The notes under the pieces: generated by a model
The model's database searches: none
The model's input: only the letters and a program-made list of their open reading frames with translations
What the model was told of the DNA's origin: nothing
Assembly: GCA_002104905.1 (NCBI GenBank)
Contig: MCFE01000303.1
Span: forward strand, 35,328 to 99,327
Length of the DNA: 64,000 nt
Origin: Basidiobolus meristosporus CBS 931.73
Lineage: Eukaryota > Fungi > Basidiobolomycota
Direction: 5' to 3'
In this document: positions 11,970 to 23,431 of the stretch, piece after piece
Layout: each line of letters starts with the position of its first letter
Numbering within the stretch: the stretch's first letter is position 1
Position numbers and translations under genes: made by a program

Positions 11970-11978
11970 TGGTGCCGT
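11970..11978 (+). promoter_or_regulatory. Primer binding site, tRNA-His-like
   Basis: TGGTGCCGT four bases after the LTR, complementary to the ...ACGGCACCA 3' end typical of tRNA-His. Confidence 0.55.
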
Positions 11979-12006
11979 CTCTGCGGAAATAAGCACAAGT
12001 GAGGTA

Positions 12007-12879
12007 ATGACTACTACAATCAAACTAAAAACATACAAGGGAAAGAGAGAGAAAGCCCTTGAGTGGTTTGATAAGTTTGAGAGAGTTGTGGTTGATGCAG
12101 GATGGGACGGCAATAAGAAAGTAAGAGAGTTCGCAAGACATATGGAAGGGTCAGCATGGCAATGGCATTATGGGTTGGAAGACGCAGTCAAAGACGCCTG
12201 GGATGCACTAGAAGAAGCCTACAAGACACGCTTTCTATATGCCGAAGGATACCACTACGAAGCCCTTCTACTGTCCTCGCGGAAGAAAAGCAGTGAAAGC
12301 TATGAAGCCTACACTGAACTGTTTCTCCAACAAGTTTGATGTCTCCCAAAGGACGAAATCGCCGAACAACAGCTCATGAGGTATTACATCATGGGCTTAG
12401 ACGACGAAATAAGACGTAGGGCGTCCAAAGAACAACAGGGATGTAAAACGTTGCAAGAGTTGGTCGAACAAGTATGAGGGGTCATCTTGCTATGGGGGCT
12501 ACCCTATAGTGATACAAATGATTGAAGGACAGGGATCCCCTGTAAGAAAGGAAAAATTGCCTCCCCAAAAGACCGTGAGTTAGAGGAATTACGGCAAAAG
12601 GTCCAAGAACTCTTGATCAACAATGTCCAAGAAGTCCCCAAAGAAGGTGATAAACTCTGGGAAGCTGTTGTAGATCTAAAGGCCCAGGTTCAAGTCCTGA
12701 CCCAACAGATGGAACAACCGCGACAACAGTATCCGTGTTATGTGTGTGGAGAAGTAGGTCACTGGGCCCATGAATGTGAAAAACGGTACGGAAGAGAAGC
12801 CATACCGGACACAAAAGAGAAGAAGGCGTCAAAAGACAGAGTCCCTTGCCAGGAGGCCAACGGGACTCAGTCAATCTAA
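12007..12879 (+). pseudogene. Gypsy-1 gag with three in-frame TGA stops
   Basis: Single frame 12007-12879; TGA at 12337, 12475, 12523; zinc knuckle CYVCGEVGHWAHEC. Confidence 0.85.
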
Positions 12880-15800
12880 GCCCTCCGGTCAGGACAATCA
12901 AAGTGCGGAAGAAGAAGCGTCGACATGATGCTTCTAGAGAGGAGGCAAAGGAACCTGTAGTAGAGGTTCCGTCAAAAGGAAAGAGCGCGGAATTAGGTGA
13001 AGAAGTATGGAATGAACCTTGGGAAGAAGTGTTAAAGCAAACAAAGAACGCTAGCACGTCTTCCCATGGCCTATTCCCCATATTGAAGGTACTAGAGCAA
13101 ACCAAGGCAACCCTCCCAATAACCAATTTACTGGGACTGGCCCCGGCTCTAGTCAAGGAACTGATAGAGGGATTGAAGGAGATAACGACCCTCCATGTCA
13201 ACCAGACGGTCCTGCAAAAACCAAATAAAGGTACATACGTAAAGGTACGTATAGAGAATAAGGAGATTCTTGCCCTTATCAACACAGGATCCTCTACGTT
13301 GATCATGTCAGAGTCATTAGCGAAACGTCTCAAACTAAATATAGTCCCCAACGGCACCATTCGAGTACGGCTAGCAAATGACCAACTGGATACAACGGTA
13401 GGTGTGGTGCCTAATTGCCCCATTTGGCTAGGCAACTTGATAATACGCCAAGATGTCGTGGTCCTACCCATCGCAGCCAACAACTTACTCATTGGCGAGA
13501 GTTGGTTTATCCAACATAAGATGGATATACTTTACAGTGCATCTGAACTCAGGTGGGATACCAAGAGTATCCCACTGATTCATATCACCGATGAGAGCGA
13601 GGCGCGTAGCAACAGTGTGACAATCAAAGAGGTGAAACCGTCGCAGTCTCCGATCATCACACGAAAGGTGATAAAAATACCACCCGTCAGTGAGATGGTG
13701 ATCTCATTAGAAACACCAATAGCTTATTCAACGAGCGGAAGAATGATAACCGCAGCAAAAGCATCCAAGCAACTGGAAGGAATCTCGATCCCTAAAGTAT
13801 GGATACCACCAAAATTTGAAACGCAAAGCCTGAAATGCTTAGTGGTTAACAATGGGCAACACACGGTGACATTGCCTAGAGGAGTGCCATTGTTAAACTT
13901 AGAGGAAGTCGACGGAAACAACCAAGGACCACCTCCAAACAAAGAACCAGAAGAAGAGCTCCCCGAACTAGATGTGGACCCCGGTCTACTGCCTACGTTA
14001 CGAGACAAATTCCTAGAAGGAATACGTCCACTTGCCCAAGTATTCTCTAAGAACCAAGTAATTGGTCATATACCTGGGGTATATCACCAAATCCACCTTG
14101 CCGACAAATATCCCATCAAGCAAAAAGCCTATAGGAATTTGAAAATTGACACAGACTATCTCAAAGAGACGATTGAAACTTTATTAATAGACGACATCAT
14201 TACAGAGAGCCAGTCTCCGTGGGCCTCCCCCGTAGTGATAGTCCCGAAGAAAGACGGAAAGCAACGCTTTTGCATTGACTACCGGAAATTGAACGCCGTC
14301 ACCCGGAAGGACGTGTATCTGCTACCGCAAATAGACAACCTCTTGGACAGATTAATCGGAGCTAAATATTTTAGCTCTCTTGACTTAATCTCCGGGTATT
14401 GGCAAGTAGAAGTAGCCCCAGAAGATCAACCCAAAACCGCTTTTATAACATCATTTGGATTATACAAATGGAACCGACTACCCTTTGGCTTGTGCAATGC
14501 CCCCGCTACGTTCCAAAGGATGATTGACAAGGTGCTAGGAAATCTACAATGGGAATGCGCCCTTGTGTATCTGGACGACATCACAATATATTCCCCCAAT
14601 GTAGAAGAACATATACACAACGTGCAACGTATCCTGACATCCCTCCTCAAGAACCAACTCAAACTACATCCCAAGAAGTGCCATTTCCTGTATACGAAAT
14701 TGTTGTTCCTGGGCCACGAGATCTTGGCAGATGGAATATACCCATCTACGTCACTCCTGAAAGCCGTTCAAAATGCACCTGCACCAAAGGACATTAATGC
14801 AGTGTTGGGATTCCTAGGATTAGCCGGCTACTATTGCCGCTTTGTCAAAAACTTTGCGACAATAGCAGCCCCCCTATACAAATTGACGCAAAAGGGCCAG
14901 TGTTTTGTATGGTTGGAGCCTCAAAAGAGAGCATTCAATCAGCTGAAACATTCCCTGACGTCACCGCCAGTGTTACGATTTCCCAATTGGGATGCGAGAT
15001 TTTTTATTAACAGTGATGGAAGCCTCACCGGTATAGGCGCCGTACTGGGACAATACCACCAACCCGGCAAATTCCACCCAATCGGTTACGTGAGCCGTTT
15101 GCTAAACAAACATGAACGCCACTACCCCGTTACCAAGATAGAATGTCTGGCTGTTGTTTATTAGACTTGTTCCGTTGGATAGTGCCACAATGAGCCATAA
15201 GTGCCAAATGATGCCATAGTGTACCAGAGAGGTAAAGTGAGCCTATACTTGGCCACAGAGTGTGAAACATAGCTCTGCATCTTCATGTAAAGCAGTCCTT
15301 GTGTTTCACCCATTGTGTTGGAGAAAATCCATTTTTTGACCTTTTTTTATGGATCAATGAAGCTCAGGATGTGTAAGAGCACAGAAGTGCTGAAGATATG
15401 TGTCAGGTACTCAATACCCATGGCACTCTGAATCTAGCTCCTGTAGCTTGTATCATGTCTCAAAAATGAATGGCACTATCTTGGTCCACTGGTACTATCT
15501 GGCACTATAAGTGCTTTGTATAGATCTTACATTAGGTCTAATATTTAAATATAGTGCCAGATAGTACCAGTGGACCAAGATAGTGCCATTCATTTTTGTG
15601 ACATGATACAAGCTAAAGGAGCTAGATTCAGAGTGCCATGGGTATTGAGTACCAGATGCATATCTTTAATCTGCTTGTGCTCTAACACATCCTGCACAAC
15701 ATTGATCCAAAAAAAAAGGTCAAAAAATGGATTTTCTCCAACACAATGGGTGAAACACAGGGGCTGCTTTGCATGAAGATGCAGAGCTATGTTTCACACT

Positions 15801-17359
15801 CTGTGGCCAGGTAGAGGCTCACTTTACCTCTCTGGCACACTATGGCATCATTTGGCACTCATGGCTCAATGTGGCACTATCCAACGGAACAAGTCTATTC
15901 AATTAAACAATTCCATACATACATACATGGTCGCCGATTCACGATAGTAACGGACCACAGCGCACTGGTCTGGCTGATGAAAACTAAAGACTTTACCGGC
16001 CAACTAGCACGTTGGGCCCTACAACTACAGCAATACAACTTTGAAATAATTCACCGCGCTGGCAAGAAACACCAGGACGCAGACTTCCTCAGTTGCTATC
16101 CTGTTTGCCAAATACGTGTCATTGATGAGTACAAGGACGTAATCTGCTTTAAAAAGAAAGGGAGGTATCCCAAACACGTTGTTACAAACAAACAGAAGAG
16201 AGAATTTCGAAGGAAATGGTGTCAGTACGAAGTACAAGAAAATCGACTATGGTTCCTCCAAGGACAGTCCAGAGCCAAGGTACCCCCACTAGCAGCCCGT
16301 GAAGAAATCATACGAGAAAGACATATGTCATTAGGACACGCTAACCCCCTAACAACATATAAGATGTTAAGAAAAACGTCTTATTGGCAAAAAATGATGA
16401 CTGACGTTACAAATACGTTACAAAGATGCACCACTTGCAAAAGATTCAACCAGAGTCAGAAGATAGGGACAACCGCACCAATACCGGTTGACCTGCCCTT
16501 CCACCGAGTAGGGATTGACTTTGTTGGCCCCTTTATGAAAACAAAGAAAGGAGAACAATACATAATAATTGCAACCAATTATTTCTCAAAGTGGGTAGAA
16601 GCCCAAGCCGTCCGCAATAAAGATCAGAAGACAACCGCCCAATTCATTCTAGAACACCTCATCTGCCGACACGGATATCCTCAGATACTCCTGTCCGACA
16701 ATGGTGGTTCCTTCCTGAACAACACCGTGGCCCACCTGTGCAAAATGATGGGCGTGAAACAAGTCTTCACGGCCGCGTATCACCCCCAGACTAACGGATT
16801 AACCGAGAGGATGAACCAGACGTGTTGCCGCATACTGGAGAAGCTTCACTGGGAACTTCCCCAATCATGGGCCAAGCTGCTCCCACTGACACTCCTAGCA
16901 ATGCGCACCACACCAAATAAAACAACGGGTTTCTCCCCATATGAAATCCTATATGGACGAAGACCCAAGTGGCGGGAGGAAGTTGGATTGACAATGGAAG
17001 GTGTCCCCCTGACGACACATAACAACTATATAGAAAGGTTGATACACCGTATTGCCCACCTATACATAAAAGTATTCAAAAATGTCGACAAGCACCTTCC
17101 CCCTCCACCCAAAAATGAGAAACTAACAAGACAAAAGTGGAAACCAGGCGATAAGGTGTGGTACAACCAAACCGTTGCAGGCCTCAAGTTCTGCCCACGA
17201 TTTACACCCCAATGGATTGGCCCATGCACCGTTATCAGTTCGGACCATGGACCAAAGTACACCATCACCCTGAATAATAAGACAATCAGCAACGTAGCGC
17301 CAGCCCATCTGAAACCGTTTCATGATGATCCACCGATCATCACTGAGACCGAAGTGTGA
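12846..17359 (+). pseudogene. Gypsy-1 pol (protease, RT, RNase H, integrase), interrupted by a MITE
   Basis: Protease LINTG (Asp->Asn), RT YLDD, RNase H NSDGS, integrase HHCC and D,D35E (IDFVG, SDNGG, TERMN). Removing 15163-15899 restores one 1259-codon frame. Confidence 0.95.
15163..15896. mobile_element. Fold-back MITE of the Harbinger-like family (734 bp)
   Basis: 347-bp inverted arms (15163-15509, 15550-15896), 40-bp spacer, TSD ATT (15160-15162, 15897-15899), ends matching the left end at 9447. Confidence 0.92.
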
Positions 17360-17488
17360 TTAAACGATTATCAGGACAAGGATAGAGGAAGACACGGGAT
17401 ACATTCAAAGTTTATTAGAGGAGATTTTAGTTGATATAGGTACAAATAATATGCGCGAGGGAGTTTGCCCAAAGGGGAGAACAAAAGA

Positions 17489-18658
17489 ATGCATATGGAA
17501 AGCGCCAAAGGAAACAGTTCACCCAAAACTGGCGATACCCCTCCCACTAGCAAGAACCAAGATGATATCAAAAACAAAACCAACCTGCAAGTGTTAAGAG
17601 ATATGGTACAAGCGTTACGTACGACAAGAGCCACCTATGAAGAGTCGTTTGCCGGAGCAGTCACGCTAATACAAGACACAATCAGAGAGGGACGAGACAA
17701 GTTACCCATGCCGATACAAAGCATGGAGATACTACCCGAGAAGACTGTGTACCACCTAAGAGGAGGTTCCTTGATCATTAAGGAGAAGGACGCCGCGCTG
17801 ATTCCCGTATCCATACTGGACACAGTCAGACAGAAGACACAAGGAATCAACTGTTGCGCCCTCACGAGACCTCAAGAGCCCCCCTGTTTTGTTGCATACT
17901 TGCCATTAATAGGTACCACGGTTGTTGAGGTATACGCAGACCTGGTACGAGCTGCAAGAGCACCAGAAGTAGAACTCCCAATCAAAGGACTCCTCCAAGA
18001 AATTCACGAACATCTCAAACCACATTTCCAAGAAGGAACCATCTTAGAGAAGATACGCGAACGGATTAAATACACCGGCCAGTTAACCCATGCGATCCAC
18101 CAAGTTGCTGTGTTACAACTATTACAGTGGTTTACCATAGGACAACTCAGGAATCAGTACAAAGTCCAACTCCAAGAAGCCGAAGAAACCGCCACGGATT
18201 CTGTAGAAACCATGAGGCAAGTACGAAAGCGCCTCGATTGCGCCACAGTTTCTACGGAAGAACTACAATACGTCTTGGAAGAAGCAAAAACTCATTATTG
18301 ACAACGAGTGACTGCTGACCAAGTGTACGCCCTCTTCAAAAGGTCCCCCACCGTCATATTGAACACAAAAAGGACAAGCCCCAATAACGTTTGCAAGATA
18401 AAGAAGCAAGACTTTATCGCGCTATTGCACCTTTTCTCGTTCTCCGACCCTCCCGAGGAACTTACCCAGAACCCTATGGTTTGCCAACTATATGGCTTTG
18501 TGGAAAACATCCCTCGAGCAACACAGGCCACACCCTACTCTGCCGCCAAATGGTATCAGGTACTTGCCCGCAATCCCCTCGCAAGTGACAACCAGCAATG
18601 GTACTACGGTGACTCCCCATGCTCCGTAAACGAAATTGATCCTGGAGAAGCAAGTTAG
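17489..18658 (+). CDS. Gypsy-1 extra ORF3 of unknown function (one internal TGA)
   Basis: ORFs 17465..18301 and 18308..18658 share one frame, split by a single TGA at 18299; lies between integrase and the 3' LTR. Confidence 0.75.
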
Positions 18659-18702
18659 TCAAAGAACTTCGAGGACAAAGCTCCCACTTAACCCCCGGGA
18701 TA

Positions 18703-19089
18703 TGTGAGTACTCAATGTAGTACCCACTCTTTGCCCAAGAGTTCTCCCAAGAGTTCCCTCCAGAGTCCTACCCAAAGTCCTCCAGTACCCTCCCTATGAT
18801 TCCCCCACGTGTCCTCCCCTCCTATCCCTGCCCTTATCTAGTTAGAACACTTACCATAACAGGAAGGTGTTCACACCCCTATTTTATAACACATTGTCTA
18901 TTGTCTAAGCCCCCCCAAGTGATATATATATCTACCCAAATGAACCAGGAAGAACAACGAGATTGGGACGAAATAAACAGAAGTCTTTATTACCTTGCTA
19001 CCTTCTATTGGAAGCTATTCTGAACCAAGTGGTACTGACTTGACCTACAAGCTCTCCCACTCACCAAGTACAGTCAGTAATAACCCACA
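18703..19089 (+). repeat. Gypsy-1 3' LTR (387 bp)
   Basis: TG...CA ends; direct repeat of 11580-11965. Confidence 0.95.
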
Positions 19090-19094
19090 CATGT

Positions 19095-19636
19095 CAGTCC
19101 AGAGTACGCCAACACCCTTTACCAGAACGCCCTGCATCAAGTCAACACGCGTTGGGTCAATGCGCACGCTTCAGAGCAAAACTACAAGAACTTGCCAAAC
19201 TGCTCATTTAGACACAAGTCCATTGGAGCGGACCGAGTTGCGTCAACTTGCAGCATCACATCAAACTCAGCCAAGGGCCATCTCAACGCATCAAGGCGCG
19301 CCTGCGCATGCCATTTTGCCTGACCATCAGCGAGTTACTTCTGGTGAACTGACTGATGATGACCAACATGAAGTGCCTCAACCACCGGAGCCCTTGGCAA
19401 GTAAAAGAACACGTCAGTGCGTGGCGCTACAGGCCGGTTCAGTTGGTTCAGTTGGAGCAATTCAGCGCGGCCAAGCTGTAGCATTGCACTCATCAACTAG
19501 GAGGCAAAATACTGACTACGAATACACAAGTAGCCAAGATGACAGTCAGCCAGGAAGTAGTATAGGTGTGCAAAGTGAGTCACTACCAAATGCTTCAGTA
19601 GTAATCCCTGTGATAAAAAAACCCAGGAGAAGATGA
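19095..19636 (+). CDS. Harbinger-like element ORF2, 3' part
   Basis: In frame with 10967-11579; S/T/Q-rich, ends in basic KKPRRR; matches the paralog at 47230-47769. Confidence 0.75.
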
Positions 19637-20382
19637 TGCGATCACTTTGAATTGCGCACATTTGTAATGATCCCAACAACCCTTTTTTTTTGCAATCCAA
19701 ATCGAGCCATTGCAAATCAGTGATCATCAAATTTTTGATATAAGTAATATCAAGGTTGTCTCACATTTGAGACAGAACCCCTATAAATAAACACCCTGCA
19801 TATATATATATCATAGGTAATACCAGTGCAGCTATTGGATCTGTTTTGCACCTACACAATTGCTTGCGTGCTGGCTATGACACCTTGTCCAATCACTAGG
19901 ATCAGGGATTTACTTGCTCAATGAGCAAAATGGGATATTTGATGGCAAATCAGGTAGCTTTTTTAGTAGTCAATGAGCCAATTGGGGGCTGCCAGCTTCA
20001 GGATACTTTTGGACCAATTAACCACTGAGATACCGTCCAATTGGAGTGAGGGTAGCCAAAATGGCAAGTATTAGTGTAGTTTATAGTGTAATACACATTT
20101 ATTTCCATTTACATTAAAGAAACATATCCAAATACCGGATTTTACCTGCCATAATGGCGGTATCTGATGACGCACGTGATGCAAACATTACAAGTTGGCG
20201 CAATCATCTGTTCCAACCTCATTGTGTCAGATTGTGCCATAGTGTGCGAGATTGTCCCGCATAGTGCAAAATTGTCCAAGAACAATCCTTCCTTCTGGTA
20301 GCTATAATATTGCGCCTGATTGTTCTTTACAACCGCGGATCACGCCGCACGCCCTGGCATGGTACAATGGAACAAGTCTATT

Positions 20383-22137
20383 TTTTTGAGCACTGCTCTT
20401 GAAGAAGTGCTGCAACCTCTTGGTGTGCCTATTGATTTTCCAAAATTCCACTGAAGGCATCATGATAGTCTTTTGAGTTCTTGACATTGTAGCCTTGTCT
20501 GTCAGTAGGATCTCCATTCAGTCAACAGTGGAGGCTGTGGTAGACAAATTGCCTTTTTCTGCAAACTCATCTACCTTGCTGGAGTGAAGCTCAACTGGCT
20601 GCACTTCCAACTCTTGTGAAAACAGCTGCTTCTTGTCTGTAATTCTTCTTGGCTATGATGGGGTTCAGTCTGTTCTGGGCTTGCAGCATTAATTGGCAAG
20701 AACTGCAGTTTTTTTTGCGTGCCTTCCTGACTCAGGCTTGGGTAGACATTTTTCCCTTTCCCTTTTCCTTTATCACTGTCAGGTCTTTCACTGCTACTTT
20801 GTCTGAGTGCTTCTTGTAATAAACTAGATTTTCTCCTTGATAAATGCTGCTCTGACGCATCTGTTTTGGCCTGCTTATCCCTTGCTAGCACTCTCCTGCC
20901 AACCTGATATTTCTTTTTTGCTTGTTTTGAGCTCTCAACCAAAGTTGTGACAGGCTCCTGAAAAAGCTGCTGGTTTTTATCACTGCAAGGTCCTTCACTG
21001 CTACATTGACTGAGTGCTTCTTGAGTGGTACTAGGCTTTTCCTTGATAAATGTTCTGCTGGTACATCCATATCTGCCTGCTTGTCCCTGATTGGCACTCT
21101 TCCAGCCACCTGATGTCTCTTTGACACTTATCTGGAGCTTTTGGCCCCTCTTATAATGGGCTCTTGAGGAAGCCACTGGTTTTTAGCCATGGCACCCTTG
21201 TTCTTCTGCCTTTGATAGTTTCTGCTATTCTTAAGATACTTTCTTAGCATACCAATGCTGGCCCAAAATCTGTTTGCCTGTTTGAATTCAGGATAATGCT
21301 CATGGAACAACTCAAGTGCATTCTGCTTGGCCTTGAGTTCCCAATGGTCCCATGGTATGCTGACCTTAAGGTGATGGCATGCTAGACTTGTGACAGCCTC
21401 TTGAATATTAGCCCACTCTTCATTATTGCACTCAACAACTTGACTGATCTTCAATGTCTTTTGATTTTTAGGCTTTGGTATAAACAACACATTGTCTCCC
21501 TCCCATGCTGTGATAGGTTTTTCAGTGGGCTTTATCTTTGGGCATTGTTGTTGTGCTTCAAAGACTGCATGGTGTTTCTCTGCTTTTGCATTGGGAAATG
21601 GCTCAATTCTTGGCTGTGACATTGAGCTACTTGAGTTTTTTTTTGCAGCAAAGATACTGCTTTCTCTACCTGGGATATTGATTGCTCTACATGTATTATC
21701 TGCTCATCCTGTTTCTGGATTACTTCCTGATTTCTCCGGGCCATTGCAACTATCCAATCAGCCACTGCACCCAATTGCTTCATTAATGCTTTGGTATGAG
21801 CTGACAACATACTTGCTAATATGGGTGGTGGTGATGTTATGACAGCTACTTGCTGGTTTTTGATAGAGGGTGCTGCATTTTCTACATTCTCATCTGCCTG
21901 AGCATATTGGTCAGCCTGTGGCTCCGCAGAGGTTCTCAATTGCCTACTTGACTGAGAGCCTGAGGAGTCTGCATTATTACCTTTAATGGGCACACTGTCC
22001 ACAGGGCCTTTTTTGGATGTAGCCCCACTTGTTGCACTGAATGTCAAAGCAAGCTGTTGTCCAACTGTTCTTCTGTTGCTGTCAGTGGTGGGGATTGGTT
22101 GAGAACCAGACAACTTTGCTTTATTTTTTGGTGGCAT
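20383..22137 (-). pseudogene. CACTA-like ORF2 (5' and central part), frameshifted
   Basis: Overlapping ORFs 21532..22137, 21128..21622 and 20571..21176. The start MPPKNKAKLSGSQ recurs in paralogs at ~35450, ~50074 and ~51960, always head-to-head with the transposase. Confidence 0.75.
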
Positions 22138-22231
22138 ATATATGGAAGTGAGTCAAACTAAAGGGGAAATAGTGTTACATATACATGTGTATGTGGTGCC
22201 ACAACTTTATTTATAATGCTTACTATGGCAG

Positions 22232-23299
22232 TGTGGTGGTGTATAAGTCCAAGGGAGAGATATGTCCAACACTTCTCAAGTGTTTTGTGTGTGGGGTGCT
22301 CACTGGGTGCAATAACCTCTGGCAAAAGCTTGCTAGGAATACTTGGGTTCTGTCTCTAATCTAATGTGAAGGGGAATAAAGCCACAAGCTTGTCAAGGGA
22401 AAACTATTGAGCTACAATCCCCAACTTAGTTGGCGTCTTAACAAAAGTATGTGCTGGGTTCAGTGTCCTTTGAGATGACAATGTACTAAAGCTTCCAAAG
22501 TCAAAACAACTGTAAACTCCACCAGCAGGGACTTGATAAGAATGCAGCTGTGGTCAATAGTTACAAAGACAGAAAAGTATCTTTGCCTGTACAAGAACAA
22601 ACTTGGGAAAGAATCAAATATAATAAAAGATACCTACTCTGAGTATTCCTCACAAGTAGTGCCTCCAAGGTCAGTTGGCTGTCAGCATGGTTTCCTGGGA
22701 GTGTCCTGTGGTCTAGGGTTGGAAGTTCAGGCAGCAGGTAGCAGTGATCACACTAATCAAAAAGTTGGTATGTTGATAAAAGGGATGATGATTTATTGTT
22801 GAGGGATAGCCTCCCAAATATACTTTTCTCACTGGCTAAGTGATTACTAATCATGGTGTTCCAGAAGGTTCTGAATATCAAAAGAAATCTTAATGACATC
22901 AGAATGACCTAAGAATGTTCTAAGTATGTGCCAGAAGGTTCCAAGAGGCACAGCACATCCAACCAATCAGGAGTCAATAATCTGAGACCTGTGTAACATA
23001 GGGATACCATATATGGTATGGAAATGGTAGGGATGGTGACAGGGGTTGATCATGTGTCACAGGTACTGGCATGGGTACTTGCCTAATATAGAAGTACTTA
23101 TAGCTAGTAATCTTACACAAAGTGAGGGGTAACTTATGCAATAAGGTAAGCAGGTGTGATAGTCAACCAGCTTATGGGATAGTACTGATTGGGTAAGACA
23201 AATGGGATAAAACTAAAATAAGTGTAGAAGAGATATAGGGAAGTAGAAAATATGGGAATGAGCACATCTGTCAGTGGGTGTCACTGTCACCCCACTACA
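22232..23299. mobile_element. Solo LTR, 1068 bp
   Basis: TGTGGTGG...CCACTACA ends; absent from paralogous intergenic regions (35345, 50160, 52050); flanks GCAG/GTGG are both CpG-decayed forms of GCGG. Confidence 0.8.
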
Positions 23300-23431
23300 G
23301 TGGGTCATCATTGAATCTTACATTCATGTAGGTGCAATGTCTCAAATACAAGACTGTCTTAAGTTCACATGAGTATTGACCAAAAAGTGATATAATAGCA
23401 TTATGTTGTTGAAGGTCAAACTGTTTGCCCC

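Larger units (their letters stand above)
11580..19089 (+). mobile_element. Ty3/Gypsy LTR retrotransposon Gypsy-1 (young, full length, inactivated)
   Basis: Near-identical LTRs, TSD CACGT/CATGT, PBS, gag with zinc knuckle, PR-RT-RH-INT order, extra 3' ORF. Confidence 0.95.
9447..20379. mobile_element. IS5/ISL2-like (PIF/Harbinger lineage) DNA transposon, copy A, complete ends
   Basis: Ends AGACTTGTTCCGTTGG (9447) and ATGGAACAAGTCT (20379), 3-bp TSD ATT (9444-9446, 20380-20382). Contains a DDE transposase and a divergent ORF2. Confidence 0.85.

Noticed and set aside
12777-12846. Canonical -1 slippery heptamer at the Gypsy-1 gag/pol overlap
   Set aside because: pol is in the -1 frame, but the GAAAAAC at 12778 is not in the gag reading phase required for X XXY YYZ slippage.
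12617-13492. 291-aa antisense ORF, and similar ORFs such as 530..895, 4366..4764 and 54750..55175
   Set aside because: Shadow frames opposite recognisable coding sequence, with no motifs of their own.
15842-15899. N-terminus MASFGTHGSMWHYPTEQ of the integrase ORF
   Set aside because: Chance read-in from the MITE arm; real pol resumes at 15900.
12337-18301. UGA read-through or alternative genetic code, since all internal stops in Gypsy-1 are TGA
   Set aside because: TGA ends Copia pol and other ORFs normally, and the Copia pair shows CGA (63047) versus TGA (58317) directly, so CpG mutation explains it.
17465-18658. Calling Gypsy-1 ORF3 an env gene
   Set aside because: No signal peptide, furin-like site or C-terminal transmembrane anchor is visible.
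18995-19094. N-terminus of ORF 18995..19636 as a separate LTR-initiated gene
   Set aside because: It starts at TTG within the LTR, and the remainder is the 3' half of the interrupted Harbinger-like ORF2.
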